From assembly GCA_022616055.1 (NCBI GenBank), contig JAKEFM010000086.1:74183-138182 (forward strand): DNA of 64,000 nucleotides, in the 5' to 3' direction. Below are positions 13,120 to 21,821 of this stretch, piece after piece. Origin of the DNA: Planctomycetota bacterium. Lineage in GTDB: Bacteria; Planctomycetota; UBA1135; JAKEFM01. Position 1 is the stretch's first letter. Each line of letters begins with the position of its first letter. A program made the position numbers and the translations under genes. Under the pieces are notes generated by a model, which saw only the letters and a program-made list of their open reading frames with translations, did not search any database and was not told the DNA's origin.

Positions 13120-13243
13120 TGTGGAAAACCCTCGCGTCCCGACGCCGCGCCGACCGGGCGGCGGGCTGGAAAACCCGTGGGAGGACGCCGAGGTCCCGCG
13201 GGCGCCGGGCGCGGAGCGTTTCTGAGGGAGGGATCTTTCCACG
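13120..13243. promoter_or_regulatory. DnaA-box-like cluster in the dnaA-dnaN intergenic region (candidate oriC element)
   Basis: TGTGGAAAA at 13120-13128 matches TGTGGATAA at 8 of 9 positions. An exact 10-bp direct repeat TGGAAAACCC lies at 13122-13131 and 13167-13176. An inverted CTTTCCACG lies at 13235-13243. Confidence 0.45.
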
Positions 13244-13319
13244 ACTTGCCTGCAGACGTCAAACCGGAGCCCACGTCCTTTCCCCCGCGTCGTCCGCCCC
13301 GAGGGTCGACCCCTCGGCG

Positions 13320-14768
13320 CTAGGCCTCTCCTCCGAATTCCTTCGAGAGGAGGGTGAGGACGTTTCGAAACGGCGGGTCCTTGCGCAGGCGCTCCTCGAC
13401 CCGCTCGAGCGCATAGAGGACGGTCGTGTGGTCCTTTCCGCCGAAGAGGGACCCGATCTCCTCGAGGGAATAGCGGGTGTGCCTCCGGGCCAGGTACATC
13501 GCGACCTGCCGGGGAAGGACGATCGACTGCGAGCGGCGCTTCGACTGGAGGTCCCCGACCTTGACGCCGAAGCGGCGGGCGACGGAGGAGAGGATCTGGT
13601 CGATCGACACGGAGACGACGGTCGGGGGGAAGAGATCCCGCATCGCCTCCTGCGCGAGTTCGAGCGTCACGGGGCGGTGGGAGATCGAGGCGTAGCCGAG
13701 GAGCTTCAGGACCGCCCCCTCCAGGTCCCGGACGCTGCTCCGGACCCCCTCCGCGATGAAGCGGATGACATCGTCGGGAAGGTCGTGGCCGCGGACGCGC
13801 GCCTTCCTCTGGAGGATCGCGGAGCGGGTCTCGAAGCAGGGGGGGTCGATCGGTGCCACCAGGCCGCCGCTGAACCGCGAGACGAGCCTCTCCTGCATCT
13901 GCCGGATCTCCTTCGGCGGGCAGTCGCTCGAGAGAACGATCTGGCAGCGGCGCGCGTAGAGCGTGTTGAAGGTGTGGAAGAACTCCTCCTGGGTCCGCTC
14001 CTTCGCCGCGAGGAGGTGGATGTCGTCGACGACGAGGAGGTCCGCGCCCCGGTAGCGGTTCCGGAACCGCTCGAGGTCCCCGTTCCCGAGCGCGGAGATG
14101 AAGTGGTTGATGAACGTCTCGCAGGAGAGGAAGCGGACGTCGGCCTCCGGCTTCAGCTTCTGGATCGAGTGGCAAACGGCCTGGAGGAGGTGGGTCTTCC
14201 CCATCCCGCAGGAACCGTGGACGAAGAGGGGGTTGTAGGCCCTGCCGGGGTTTTCGACGACGCCAAGGGAGGCGGCGTGCACGAAACGGTTGCAGGGCCC
14301 GACGACGAAGTTCTCGAAGGTGTAGTCGGGGTTGAGCGCCGACCCGGTCGCGGGGAGGGCGGGTCGAGCCGCCGGAACCTCCTCGGGGCCAGGGACGGGG
14401 ATCTCGCCCGCCTCCGGCGCGGACTCGGGCGCAGCATCGGCTCGCCCGATCGCCGGGAAGAGCTCCGCGTCGACGACGACCTGCAGGGCCAGGGCCTCTC
14501 CCGTCAGCTCGCGGAGGGCGTTCTCGATCTCGGCCCGGTAGAACCGCCCGAGCCACTCGCGGAAGAACGCGTTCGGGACCGCGACCACCGCCTCCCCGCC
14601 GGAGACGGACCGGAGCGCGGTTCGCTTGAACCAGGTCTCGAATTGCTCCCGCTTCACCCGCCCACGAACGGCCTCCAGGACGGACGTCCAGAGTCTCTCA
14701 TCGTTCCTAGGGAGAACCGACCGCCCGGCCTCAGGCGAGGGCATGACCCCCCCTTCCCCCGGAAACAA
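13320..14768 (-). CDS. dnaA: chromosomal replication initiator DnaA
   Basis: 482 aa. Walker A GSCGMGKTHLL, and a domain IV with KDHTTVLYALERV. An alternative ATG start lies at 14744. Confidence 0.97.
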   Translation of the reverse strand: MFPGEGGVMPSPEAGRSVLPRNDERLWTSVLEAVRGRVKREQFETWFKRTALRSVSGGEAVVAVPNAFFREWLGRFYRAEIENALRELTGEALALQVVVDAELFPAIGRADAAPESAPEAGEIPVPGPEEVPAARPALPATGSALNPDYTFENFVVGPCNRFVHAASLGVVENPGRAYNPLFVHGSCGMGKTHLLQAVCHSIQKLKPEADVRFLSCETFINHFISALGNGDLERFRNRYRGADLLVVDDIHLLAAKERTQEEFFHTFNTLYARRCQIVLSSDCPPKEIRQMQERLVSRFSGGLVAPIDPPCFETRSAILQRKARVRGHDLPDDVIRFIAEGVRSSVRDLEGAVLKLLGYASISHRPVTLELAQEAMRDLFPPTVVSVSIDQILSSVARRFGVKVGDLQSKRRSQSIVLPRQVAMYLARRHTRYSLEEIGSLFGGKDHTTVLYALERVEERLRKDPPFRNVLTLLSKEFGGEA

Positions 14769-14830
14769 AGCCCCCGGGGATGGCTTAAAGTGCTATGTTA
14801 TAGAGGCTTATGCCAGGAAGAACCCTCGTC

Positions 14831-14859
14831 ATTAGATCCGATGGCCGATCCCCCGTCAA
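14831..14859 (-). promoter_or_regulatory. sigma-70-like promoter upstream of dnaA
   Basis: The minus strand reads TTGACG (14859-14854), a 17-nt spacer, then TCTAAT (14836-14831). It lies next to an AT-rich stretch (14782-14815) and a further CTTTCCAC box at 14885-14892. Confidence 0.35.
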
Positions 14860-14894
14860 CCCCCAACTCTTTGCATCAGCTTCACTTTCCACCC

Positions 14895-16067
14895 CTATAT
14901 CTGGCGTCCGTGAGCGACAAGGAGGGGATCCAGCGCCCGTCGTATCCTCCGGGCGGCCTCCTCGGCGTCCCACTCCTCGACCTCACGCCCCAGCGAGAAG
15001 CGCACCGTACGGCTCGCCTCCTCGCGCGAAACTCCCATTCCCGCAAGGACGTGCGAGGGCTCCGGCGCTCCCGATGCACACGCCGACCCCGAGGATGCGA
15101 GGATTCCGGCGAGGTCGAGAGCGGGAACCAGGGCCCGCCCGTCCCGGACCGGGAAGGAGAGGGCGAAGGTGTTCGGCAGCCTCGAGGCGGGGTCCTCGGG
15201 ACCGAGGAGCCGAGACCCGGGGATGCCGTCGAGGAGGTGCGCGAGGAGGGCCCTGGTCCGGGCGCCCACCGTGCGGACGTATTCGTCGGTGCGCGCCGCC
15301 GCCCTCTCGAGAGCGGCCCCGAAACCGACGAGGGCTGGGACGTTTTCCGTGCCGGGGCGCAGGCCATGTTCCTGGCCACCCCCAAAGAGGAGGGGCTGCG
15401 GCCGGGCCGGCGTCCGGACGACGAGGGCGCCGGCTCCCTTCGGGCCATGGACCTTGTGGCTGGAGAGCGAGAGGAGGTGCGGCTTCCGGACGATCTCCCC
15501 CAGGGGGACCTTCCCGGGCACCTGCGTGGCGTCGCAGTGGAGCAGGACCCCGCTCGGGAGGAGCCGGAGGATCTCCAGGACGGGCTGGAGGGCTCCCGTC
15601 TCGTTGTTCGCCGCCATCACGCAGACGAGTGTCGTGTCGCGGCGGACGGCGCCGGCGACCCGCCTCGGGTCCACCCGTCCGTCTCGCCCGACCGGAACGA
15701 CCTCGACCTCGAATCCCTCCTCCCGAAGCCTCGAGCAGGGTCCGAGGACGCTCGCGTGCTCGACCGCGGAGACGAGGACATGTCGCCCACGCGAGGCCGC
15801 CTCCCGGGCGGCTCCGAGGACGGCGAGGTTGTTCGCCTCGGTCCCGCCGGCCGTCAGGACGACCTGATCGGGGCGCGCCGCGACGACGCCGGCGACGCGC
15901 GCGCGCGCGCGGTCGACCGCGACCCTCGCCTCGCGCCCGACCGAGTGGGTGCTCGAGGGATTCCCCGAACGTTCGGCGAGGAAAGGGAGCATCTCCTGGA
16001 GGACCGCCGCGTCGACCGGAGTCGAGGCGTTGTGGTCGAAGTGGAGCAGCGGCGGGGAGCGTGTCAC
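14895..16067 (-). CDS. cysteine desulfurase (NifS/IscS-like class V aminotransferase)
   Basis: 390 aa. PLP lysine motif SSHKVHGPKG and catalytic Cys loop SSGSACASG. Confidence 0.9.
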   Translation of the reverse strand: MTRSPPLLHFDHNASTPVDAAVLQEMLPFLAERSGNPSSTHSVGREARVAVDRARARVAGVVAARPDQVVLTAGGTEANNLAVLGAAREAASRGRHVLVSAVEHASVLGPCSRLREEGFEVEVVPVGRDGRVDPRRVAGAVRRDTTLVCVMAANNETGALQPVLEILRLLPSGVLLHCDATQVPGKVPLGEIVRKPHLLSLSSHKVHGPKGAGALVVRTPARPQPLLFGGGQEHGLRPGTENVPALVGFGAALERAAARTDEYVRTVGARTRALLAHLLDGIPGSRLLGPEDPASRLPNTFALSFPVRDGRALVPALDLAGILASSGSACASGAPEPSHVLAGMGVSREEASRTVRFSLGREVEEWDAEEAARRIRRALDPLLVAHGRQI

Positions 16068-16130
16068 CGGCGCGGCCGGGAACCCGACGGCGGGAGCCGG
16101 CCCTCGACGCGGGGCCTCTACGCGGGGCCA

Positions 16131-17087
16131 CTACGCGGGGATCGGGGAACCCGCCGTCCCTTCTGTCGCGGGAGCCGCGGCGGGGGTCGCGGTGCCCGGC
16201 GGCGGTCCGTCGGGCTCGGCGGGGGGAGGTTCGGGGCGCGCAGGCTGGAGGGTGAGATCGACGGGCGGGAGGGACCGCCCGAGGGCGCGCTCCAGGATCT
16301 CGGTCGCGAGCCGGAGGTAGTCCGCCGCGCCGTTGGAGTCGGGGGCGTACGAGAAGATCGTCTTGCCGTGGCTCGGCGCTTCGGCGAGCCGGACGTTCTC
16401 CCGGATCCGCGTCTGGTAGAGCCGCTCTCCGAAGAAGGAGCGGATCTCCTCGAGGACCTCCACGGCGAGGTTCGTGCGGGGGTTCACCATGCACGCGAGG
16501 ACCCCGGAGAGATGGAGCACGGGGTTGAGGCGTCCGCGGACGAGATCGACGACCTCGAGGAGGCGGGAGACCCCCTGGAGCGCCAGGAACTCGGTCTGCA
16601 GGGGGAGGACGACCTCCCGCGCGCAGACGAGCGCGTTGAGCGAGAGGACCCCGAGGGAGGGAGGACAGTCGAGGAGGAGGAAGTCGGCGACGTCCTCCTG
16701 CGCGGGCGTCGGGCCGTCGGGAGGGGTCCCCGCGCGGGACGACTCGAAGGAGGCGACGGCGTCCCGAAGCAGCGTCTCCCGGCCGACGACGCTGGCGAGC
16801 TCGACCTCGAGTCCCGCGAGGTCGACGGTCGCCGGCGCGAGGCGGAGGAGGGGGAGTTCCGTCGGGACGAGGATCTCGCCGAAGCCGCACTCCCCGCGCA
16901 GCAGCGAATAGGTCGTGCGCGGCGGCGTCTCCCGCCCGCCGAGGAGGTGGAGCGTGAGATTGGCCTGCGGGTCGAGGTCGACGACGATGACGCGGCGGCC
17001 GAGCAGCGCGAGGGCCGCGCCGAGGTTGGCGGTCGTCGTGGTCTTCCCGACGCCACCTTTCTGGTTCGTGACGGCGATCCGCCTCAA
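16131..17087 (-). CDS. parA: chromosome partitioning ATPase ParA/Soj with a Pro-rich C-terminal tail
   Basis: MRRIAVTNQKGGVGKTTTTANLGAALA..DLDPQAN (deviant Walker A). About 55 aa of P/A/T-rich tail. Confidence 0.92.
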   Translation of the reverse strand: MRRIAVTNQKGGVGKTTTTANLGAALALLGRRVIVVDLDPQANLTLHLLGGRETPPRTTYSLLRGECGFGEILVPTELPLLRLAPATVDLAGLEVELASVVGRETLLRDAVASFESSRAGTPPDGPTPAQEDVADFLLLDCPPSLGVLSLNALVCAREVVLPLQTEFLALQGVSRLLEVVDLVRGRLNPVLHLSGVLACMVNPRTNLAVEVLEEIRSFFGERLYQTRIRENVRLAEAPSHGKTIFSYAPDSNGAADYLRLATEILERALGRSLPPVDLTLQPARPEPPPAEPDGPPPGTATPAAAPATEGTAGSPIPA

Positions 17088-17151
17088 GGCATTCCTCGAT
17101 GGCGGGACATTCTAGGGCGCTCCCCGGCAGCGCCAGCGGGGGATGCGGAGG

Positions 17152-18057
17152 TCAGCCCCGGGAGCCCGCGCCGTCCCCTCGGAGCCGGAGCGCGTCGGCG
17201 ACCTCCCGGGCGAACGCGCGGGACGCCTCGGCCAGCGACCGCTCCGGATCCCGGGCCTCCCGGCACGGATCTAGGACGCGCCGCGAGGCGACGACGAGCG
17301 CCCCGAACCCCGATCGATCGAACGCGGGGAGGATGTCCCGGGCTCGCCCTCCCTGGACCCCCATCCCCGGCACGAGGAAGAGGGTGCGGGGCATGCGGCG
17401 ACGCAGGGGCCCGACCTCCGAGGGGTGGGTGGCGCCGACGACGGCTCCGACCGCGCTCCAACCGTTGCGCCCGCGGTAGCTCGACCCCAGGCGGTGGACG
17501 AGACGGGCCACTCGGCTGCAGAGGGATCCCCGGTCGAGCGCCGATCCCTGGACGGCCGTCGACTCGGCGTTCGAGGTCCGCACGAGCACGAAGACTCCCC
17601 GGGCCCCGCCGGCCAAGGCGTCGAGGAAGGGGACGAGGCTGTCGGGACCGAGGAAGGGATGGACCGTGACGGCGTCCGCGCCCCCCCGCGCGAGGTGGGC
17701 GGCGGCGTAGTGCGCGGCGGTGTGCGGGACGTCGCCCCGCTTCACGTCCCCGATCACGAGGAGCCCGGCGTCCCGCGCGGATTCCAGGGTCCGCTCGTAG
17801 GCCCGCACTCCCCTCCACCCGAGACGCTCGAAGCAGGCGACCTGGACCTTGAGCCCGGGGACCACGCCTCGGGTGCCCCGGACGACCATGCGAGCGAACG
17901 CCAGGTAGGCGTCGGCCAGCGAGACCGGACTCCGCGACTTTCGGCGGAGCGACCGTGGGAGGGAGTCGGGGGTCGGATCGAATCCGACCACGCAAGGATT
18001 GCCGCAGGAGCGGACCGCGGCCTCCACCCGGTCAGGAAACCGAAGTTGGGTCGGCAC
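17152..18057 (-). CDS. pyrF: orotidine-5'-phosphate decarboxylase, type 2
   Basis: 301 aa. DVKRGD motif, and a length and layout typical of long-form PyrF. Confidence 0.85.
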   Translation of the reverse strand: MPTQLRFPDRVEAAVRSCGNPCVVGFDPTPDSLPRSLRRKSRSPVSLADAYLAFARMVVRGTRGVVPGLKVQVACFERLGWRGVRAYERTLESARDAGLLVIGDVKRGDVPHTAAHYAAAHLARGGADAVTVHPFLGPDSLVPFLDALAGGARGVFVLVRTSNAESTAVQGSALDRGSLCSRVARLVHRLGSSYRGRNGWSAVGAVVGATHPSEVGPLRRRMPRTLFLVPGMGVQGGRARDILPAFDRSGFGALVVASRRVLDPCREARDPERSLAEASRAFAREVADALRLRGDGAGSRG

Positions 18058-18131
18058 GGGAGGAGCGCCCGAGGTGGGGGGGCCGGGAATCTAGCATTCG
18101 AGCGGGACGGCGCGAGTCCCGTCCAGGTCAC

Positions 18132-18169
18132 AGAACATCAAATCGCATTCAGATTGATATCTATGTTCT
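18132..18169. other. imperfect palindrome within an AT-rich intergenic island
   Basis: AGAACAT (18132-18138) and ATGTTCT (18163-18169) are inverted repeats. An inner AATC/GATT pair lies at 18141-18144 and 18152-18155. The surrounding 18090-18263 is far below the window's GC level by eye. Confidence 0.4.
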
Positions 18170-18263
18170 ATGAATTGCCTTTCTAACAGCTTCCCGGACG
18201 AGATTCGACGGTCCATACGACCGGATCCAGTTGATTCGAACGAGCTGACAAAGATGAACTCAG

Positions 18264-19484
18264 TTAAACCGGCGATTGAGTGAAGAAAGAATAGAGAACA
18301 CTGTCGGCCAACAGAACGCCCTCCTCGGTGAGGAACAGCCTCTCCCCGTCCCACTCGAGAAGGCCTTTCTCGCGCGAGGTCCGGATCTCGAGGTCGAAGA
18401 CCGTCTCCAGGTCGAGGCCGGTCTCGCGCAGGAGCCTGGAGCGAGTGACGCCCTCGCGCAGGCGGAGGCCGAGGAAGATCGACTCCTTCAACCGATCGAG
18501 GCCGGCGAGCCGCTCCTGCTCGATGAGCGGAACGGCGCCCCTCTCGAGGGCGCGGATGTAGGGGAGCACGCGGGCGTCGTTCTTCCAGCGGATCCCCCCC
18601 ACGTAGGAGGCGGCTCCACATCCGACGCCGACGTAGGGCTCGTTCCGCCAGTAGGTCAGGTTGTGGCGACACTCCCGGCCGGGGCGCGCGAAGTTCGACA
18701 CCTCGTAGGGGCGGAATCCGGACGACCCGGCGAGCTCGACCGAGATGAGGAAGAGCTCCCGGCACACCTCCTCGGGGAGGGGCGAGAGCCACCCGCGGTC
18801 GAGCCAGCGACGGAACGCGGTCCCTTCCTCGTACACGAGGTCGTAGAGGGAGAGGTGGTCGGGCTGAAGCGCGATGGCGGCGGAGAGGTCCTCCCTCCAG
18901 TCTGCGGGAGTCTGTCCCGGCGCCCCGAAGATGAGGTCGAGGTTGAGATTCTCGAACCCCGCCGCGCGAGCCGCCGCCACCGCCCGTCGCACGCTCCCGA
19001 CGTCGTGGGGGCGATCGAAGAACTGGAGGAGCCGCTCCCGCATCGCCTGCACCCCGAGGCTCAGGCGGTTCGCCCCGCTGCGCCGCAGGAGGAGGAGCTT
19101 CTCCTCCGTCGCGCTCTCCGGATTCGCCTCCACCGTCACCTCCGTCCGCCCGGCCTCGAATCCGGTCGCCTCCGCGATCGTCGAGAAGACGCGCCGGATC
19201 TGGGCCTCCCCGAGGTAGGTCGGGGTCCCACCCCCGAGGAAGATCGTGCGCGGGTGCCGGGGGGCCCGCGCCCGGATCTCGACGCAGAGAGCGTCGAGGT
19301 AGGCGTCGATCGGCATCCCCTTCCCGGGATAGGAGGGGAAGTCGCAGTACCGGCACTTCGTCGCGCAGAAGGGGAGGTGGACGTAGAGCGAGGTGCCCGG
19401 CTCCGCGCGGGGGAGTTCCGGGATCGCGACGGCCGCCGCCGGGGGAGCGCCGCTCGGCGGAGGTGTGCGGGGGAGGGCGCGCAT
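18264..19484 (-). CDS. hemW: radical SAM heme chaperone HemW (HemN-like, oxygen-independent coproporphyrinogen oxidase family)
   Basis: 406 aa. CATKCRYCDF radical-SAM cluster motif, GGGTPT, and a HemN C-terminal domain. Confidence 0.88.
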   Translation of the reverse strand: MRALPRTPPPSGAPPAAAVAIPELPRAEPGTSLYVHLPFCATKCRYCDFPSYPGKGMPIDAYLDALCVEIRARAPRHPRTIFLGGGTPTYLGEAQIRRVFSTIAEATGFEAGRTEVTVEANPESATEEKLLLLRRSGANRLSLGVQAMRERLLQFFDRPHDVGSVRRAVAAARAAGFENLNLDLIFGAPGQTPADWREDLSAAIALQPDHLSLYDLVYEEGTAFRRWLDRGWLSPLPEEVCRELFLISVELAGSSGFRPYEVSNFARPGRECRHNLTYWRNEPYVGVGCGAASYVGGIRWKNDARVLPYIRALERGAVPLIEQERLAGLDRLKESIFLGLRLREGVTRSRLLRETGLDLETVFDLEIRTSREKGLLEWDGERLFLTEEGVLLADSVLYSFFTQSPV

Positions 19485-19512
19485 CAGCGCGTGGGCCTCG
19501 CCCCGCCCGGAG

Positions 19513-20322
19513 TCAATCGTCCCCCTCGAGGATGCGGTTGAGCTTCCGCAGGGCTTCGTTCTCGATCTGGCGGACGCGCTCCCGGGTCAGCCCCACGACC
19601 TCCCCGATCTCGCGCAGGGAGCGGGGCCCCCCCTCCTCGAGCCCGTAGCGGAGGCGGAGGATCCGCTCCTCGCGCGGCGTGATCGCCGAGAGGAGCCGGC
19701 GGATCTTGTCCACCTCCTGCTGGTCGAGGATCTCCTCGTCGGGCGCGGGGGTGCGCGTGTCCGGGAGGCTCTCCGCGCCCGAGAAGGGACCGTCGAGGCT
19801 CACCTGGCTCCCGATCGAGGAGGACTTGATCGTTCTCCGGATGAGGTTCCACTGGTGCATCGGCAGCCCCAGCTCGTGCGCGACCTCCGAAGCGGTTGCG
19901 TTCCGGCCGAGGCGGTAGCCGAGCTCCATCGAAACCGACTTCCACCGGGAAATCAAATCGACCATGTAGGAGGGGACGCGCACCGTCTTCACCGTGTTCA
20001 GCAGGGCGCGCCGGATCGACTGCTTGATCCACCAGGTGGCGTAGGTCGAGAAGCGGCAGTTCTGGTCCGGGTCGAACCGCTCGACCGCCTTGAGGAGCCC
20101 GATGTTCCCCTCCGCGATGAGGTCCATGAACGCGAGCCCGCGGTTGACGTACGCCTTCGCGATGCTGACGACGAGACGGAGATTCGCCCGGATCATGTGC
20201 TCGCGGGCGGAGGCGTTCCCCGTGCGGATCTTGCGAGCGAGGGTCTTCTCCTGCTCGGCGGTCAGGAGGGGGACCTCGTTGATCTCCTTGAGGTAGGTTT
20301 CGAGGAGGCGTTCGCGGGGAAT
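19513..20322 (-). CDS. RNA polymerase sigma-70 family factor (short RpoD/RpoS-like form)
   Basis: C-terminal part of ORF 19513..22419: ETYLKEINEVPLLTAEQE (region 1.2), DLIAEGNIGLLKAVERFD and FSTYATWWIKQSI (region 2), REIGEVVGLTRERVRQIENEALRKL (region 4.2). The start is unresolved. There is no ATG/GTG/TTG near the conserved N terminus. An ATT lies at 20322, and a TTG at 20490 is less likely. Confidence 0.85.
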   Translation of the reverse strand: MPRERLLETYLKEINEVPLLTAEQEKTLARKIRTGNASAREHMIRANLRLVVSIAKAYVNRGLAFMDLIAEGNIGLLKAVERFDPDQNCRFSTYATWWIKQSIRRALLNTVKTVRVPSYMVDLISRWKSVSMELGYRLGRNATASEVAHELGLPMHQWNLIRRTIKSSSIGSQVSLDGPFSGAESLPDTRTPAPDEEILDQQEVDKIRRLLSAITPREERILRLRYGLEEGGPRSLREIGEVVGLTRERVRQIENEALRKLNRILEGDD

Positions 20323-20403
20323 GGGAGCCCTCGCCGAGAAGCTCGCGGGCGTTCTTTCGGCGCGCCAGGGGGGGCGCTTGAGCGCGCCGGGACGGCCCCC
20401 CCT

Positions 20404-20432
20404 TTGACCCGATCCTCGGCGCGGGCTAGGTT
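20404..20432 (+). promoter_or_regulatory. sigma-70-like promoter for the HPr-domain fusion gene
   Basis: TTGACC (20404-20409), a 17-nt spacer, then TAGGTT (20427-20432). It sits about 22 nt upstream of the GTG at 20455, with a purine-rich GGAAGAGAAGA in between. Confidence 0.35.
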
Positions 20433-20454
20433 GAGGGTCGAGCGGAAGAGAAGA

Positions 20455-21786
20455 GTGGGACCGTCCCGGCAGAGCCGAGAGCTGGCGCAACCTCTCGAGG
20501 AGATCCTCCCGGAGGTGGAGTTCCTCCAGCTCCTCGAGAAGACCGCGTCTCCCCTGCGGCGACTCGGCGCTTCCCTCGAGACGTCGGCCCCTTCCGAATG
20601 GCCGAAGAAGGTCTACGTCGCGCTCGCGAACGAGACGAACGAGCTCGAGTCCTTCCTCGACGATCACGGCGCCCGGGACAACCGGCGGGTCTCCTTCTTC
20701 ACCGAGCTCGTCGCCTCGATGCGCTGGTTCGCCATGGCCGGCCACGCCCTCCACCACCTCGAGACCCGGTTCCCGGGATACGGCGTCGCGCTGGACGACG
20801 CGGAGCGGGACGCCTTCCTCGCGGGGCTCCGGGCGTGCCACGCCTTCGTCTCCCGATCGACCCTCGACCTCCTGCGCGCGCTCGAGGCGGAGGCGCTCGC
20901 GCTCGGAGTGCGTGCTCCGGCCGGTCGCCTGGACCTGGCGCAGATCCCGGAGACGACGGTCCGGCGGCGCCTCCCGCGGAACGTCGACGAGGCGGCGGAG
21001 CTGGTCGACGAGGCGCAGAAGATCGCCGAGGTCGCCTCGAAGTACCTGCGGGCCGCCGATCTCCTCCGGTCCCTCGACCTCCGTCCCCTCGCGGACCCCG
21101 AGGTCCTCCGGCGGTTCGTGGAGCGGCACTGCAACGAGGAGAAGGCGCGGGTCTACGAGGCGACCCTCCACAACATCCAGTCGAAGTACGACACCCACAT
21201 CAAGTCGACCGCCCTCGAGGCGAAGGACGACCGCCTCCCCGCGCTCCGGGGGCACGTCTCGGCCGCCCTCCACCTCCTCGAGATCGTCACCTACCTCGTG
21301 CACTTCTACGAGCGGCACGAGAACGACATCCGGTCGGAGTCCGCGAAGGCGAGGATCGCCGCGCTGGTCGACAAGAACGCCGTGCTCCGTCAGGTGGTAG
21401 ACTTCGCGCTGGCCAACGTGGTCCGCTTCCTCGAAGGCGGGCGGCCGTACGCGGAAGGCGTCCTCCCCCACTACACGAAGATCCGAACGCTCGACACCGC
21501 CCTCCCCGACGGGATCTACCTCCACGCGCGCCCGGCGTCCCTGATCGTCTCGATCGTGAACCACTACGGGACCCCGGTCGAGATGGAGATCGAGGGGAGC
21601 CGGTGCAACGCGGGCTCCATCCTCCAGGTGATGATCCTCGCGGGCTCCCACGCCGAGGCGCGCACGGTGCGGTTCCAGGGAGACGAGCGCCCGCTGCGCG
21701 ATCTCGGGAGGCTCTTCGAGGCCCGCCTCGGCGAGGGGGGTCTCGAGGCGCTCCCCCCCGAGCTCGACTACCTCCGCGGTCGTTGA
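20455..21786 (+). CDS. protein of unknown function with a C-terminal HPr (PTS phosphocarrier) domain
   Basis: C-terminal part of ORF 19393..21786. The last ~90 aa, LPDGIYLHARPASLIVSIVNHYGTPVEMEIEGSRCNAGSILQVMILAG...VRFQGDE, align to HPr including the His15 and Ser46 positions. The preceding ~350 aa are helical with no motif I recognise. GTG at 20455 (alternative TTG at 20431). Confidence 0.75.
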   Translation: MGPSRQSRELAQPLEEILPEVEFLQLLEKTASPLRRLGASLETSAPSEWPKKVYVALANETNELESFLDDHGARDNRRVSFFTELVASMRWFAMAGHALHHLETRFPGYGVALDDAERDAFLAGLRACHAFVSRSTLDLLRALEAEALALGVRAPAGRLDLAQIPETTVRRRLPRNVDEAAELVDEAQKIAEVASKYLRAADLLRSLDLRPLADPEVLRRFVERHCNEEKARVYEATLHNIQSKYDTHIKSTALEAKDDRLPALRGHVSAALHLLEIVTYLVHFYERHENDIRSESAKARIAALVDKNAVLRQVVDFALANVVRFLEGGRPYAEGVLPHYTKIRTLDTALPDGIYLHARPASLIVSIVNHYGTPVEMEIEGSRCNAGSILQVMILAGSHAEARTVRFQGDERPLRDLGRLFEARLGEGGLEALPPELDYLRGR

Positions 21787-21821
21787 GCGGAACCGGCCCG
21801 GGTCCACCGCGTCCATCCTGA

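Noticed and set aside
20323-20490. TTG at 20490 as the sigma factor start, giving a 325-aa protein.
   Set aside because: In-frame GC3 drops to about 69% in this interval. The interval would also contain the promoter and overlap the 5' end of the divergent HPr-fusion gene. I kept it only as an alternative.
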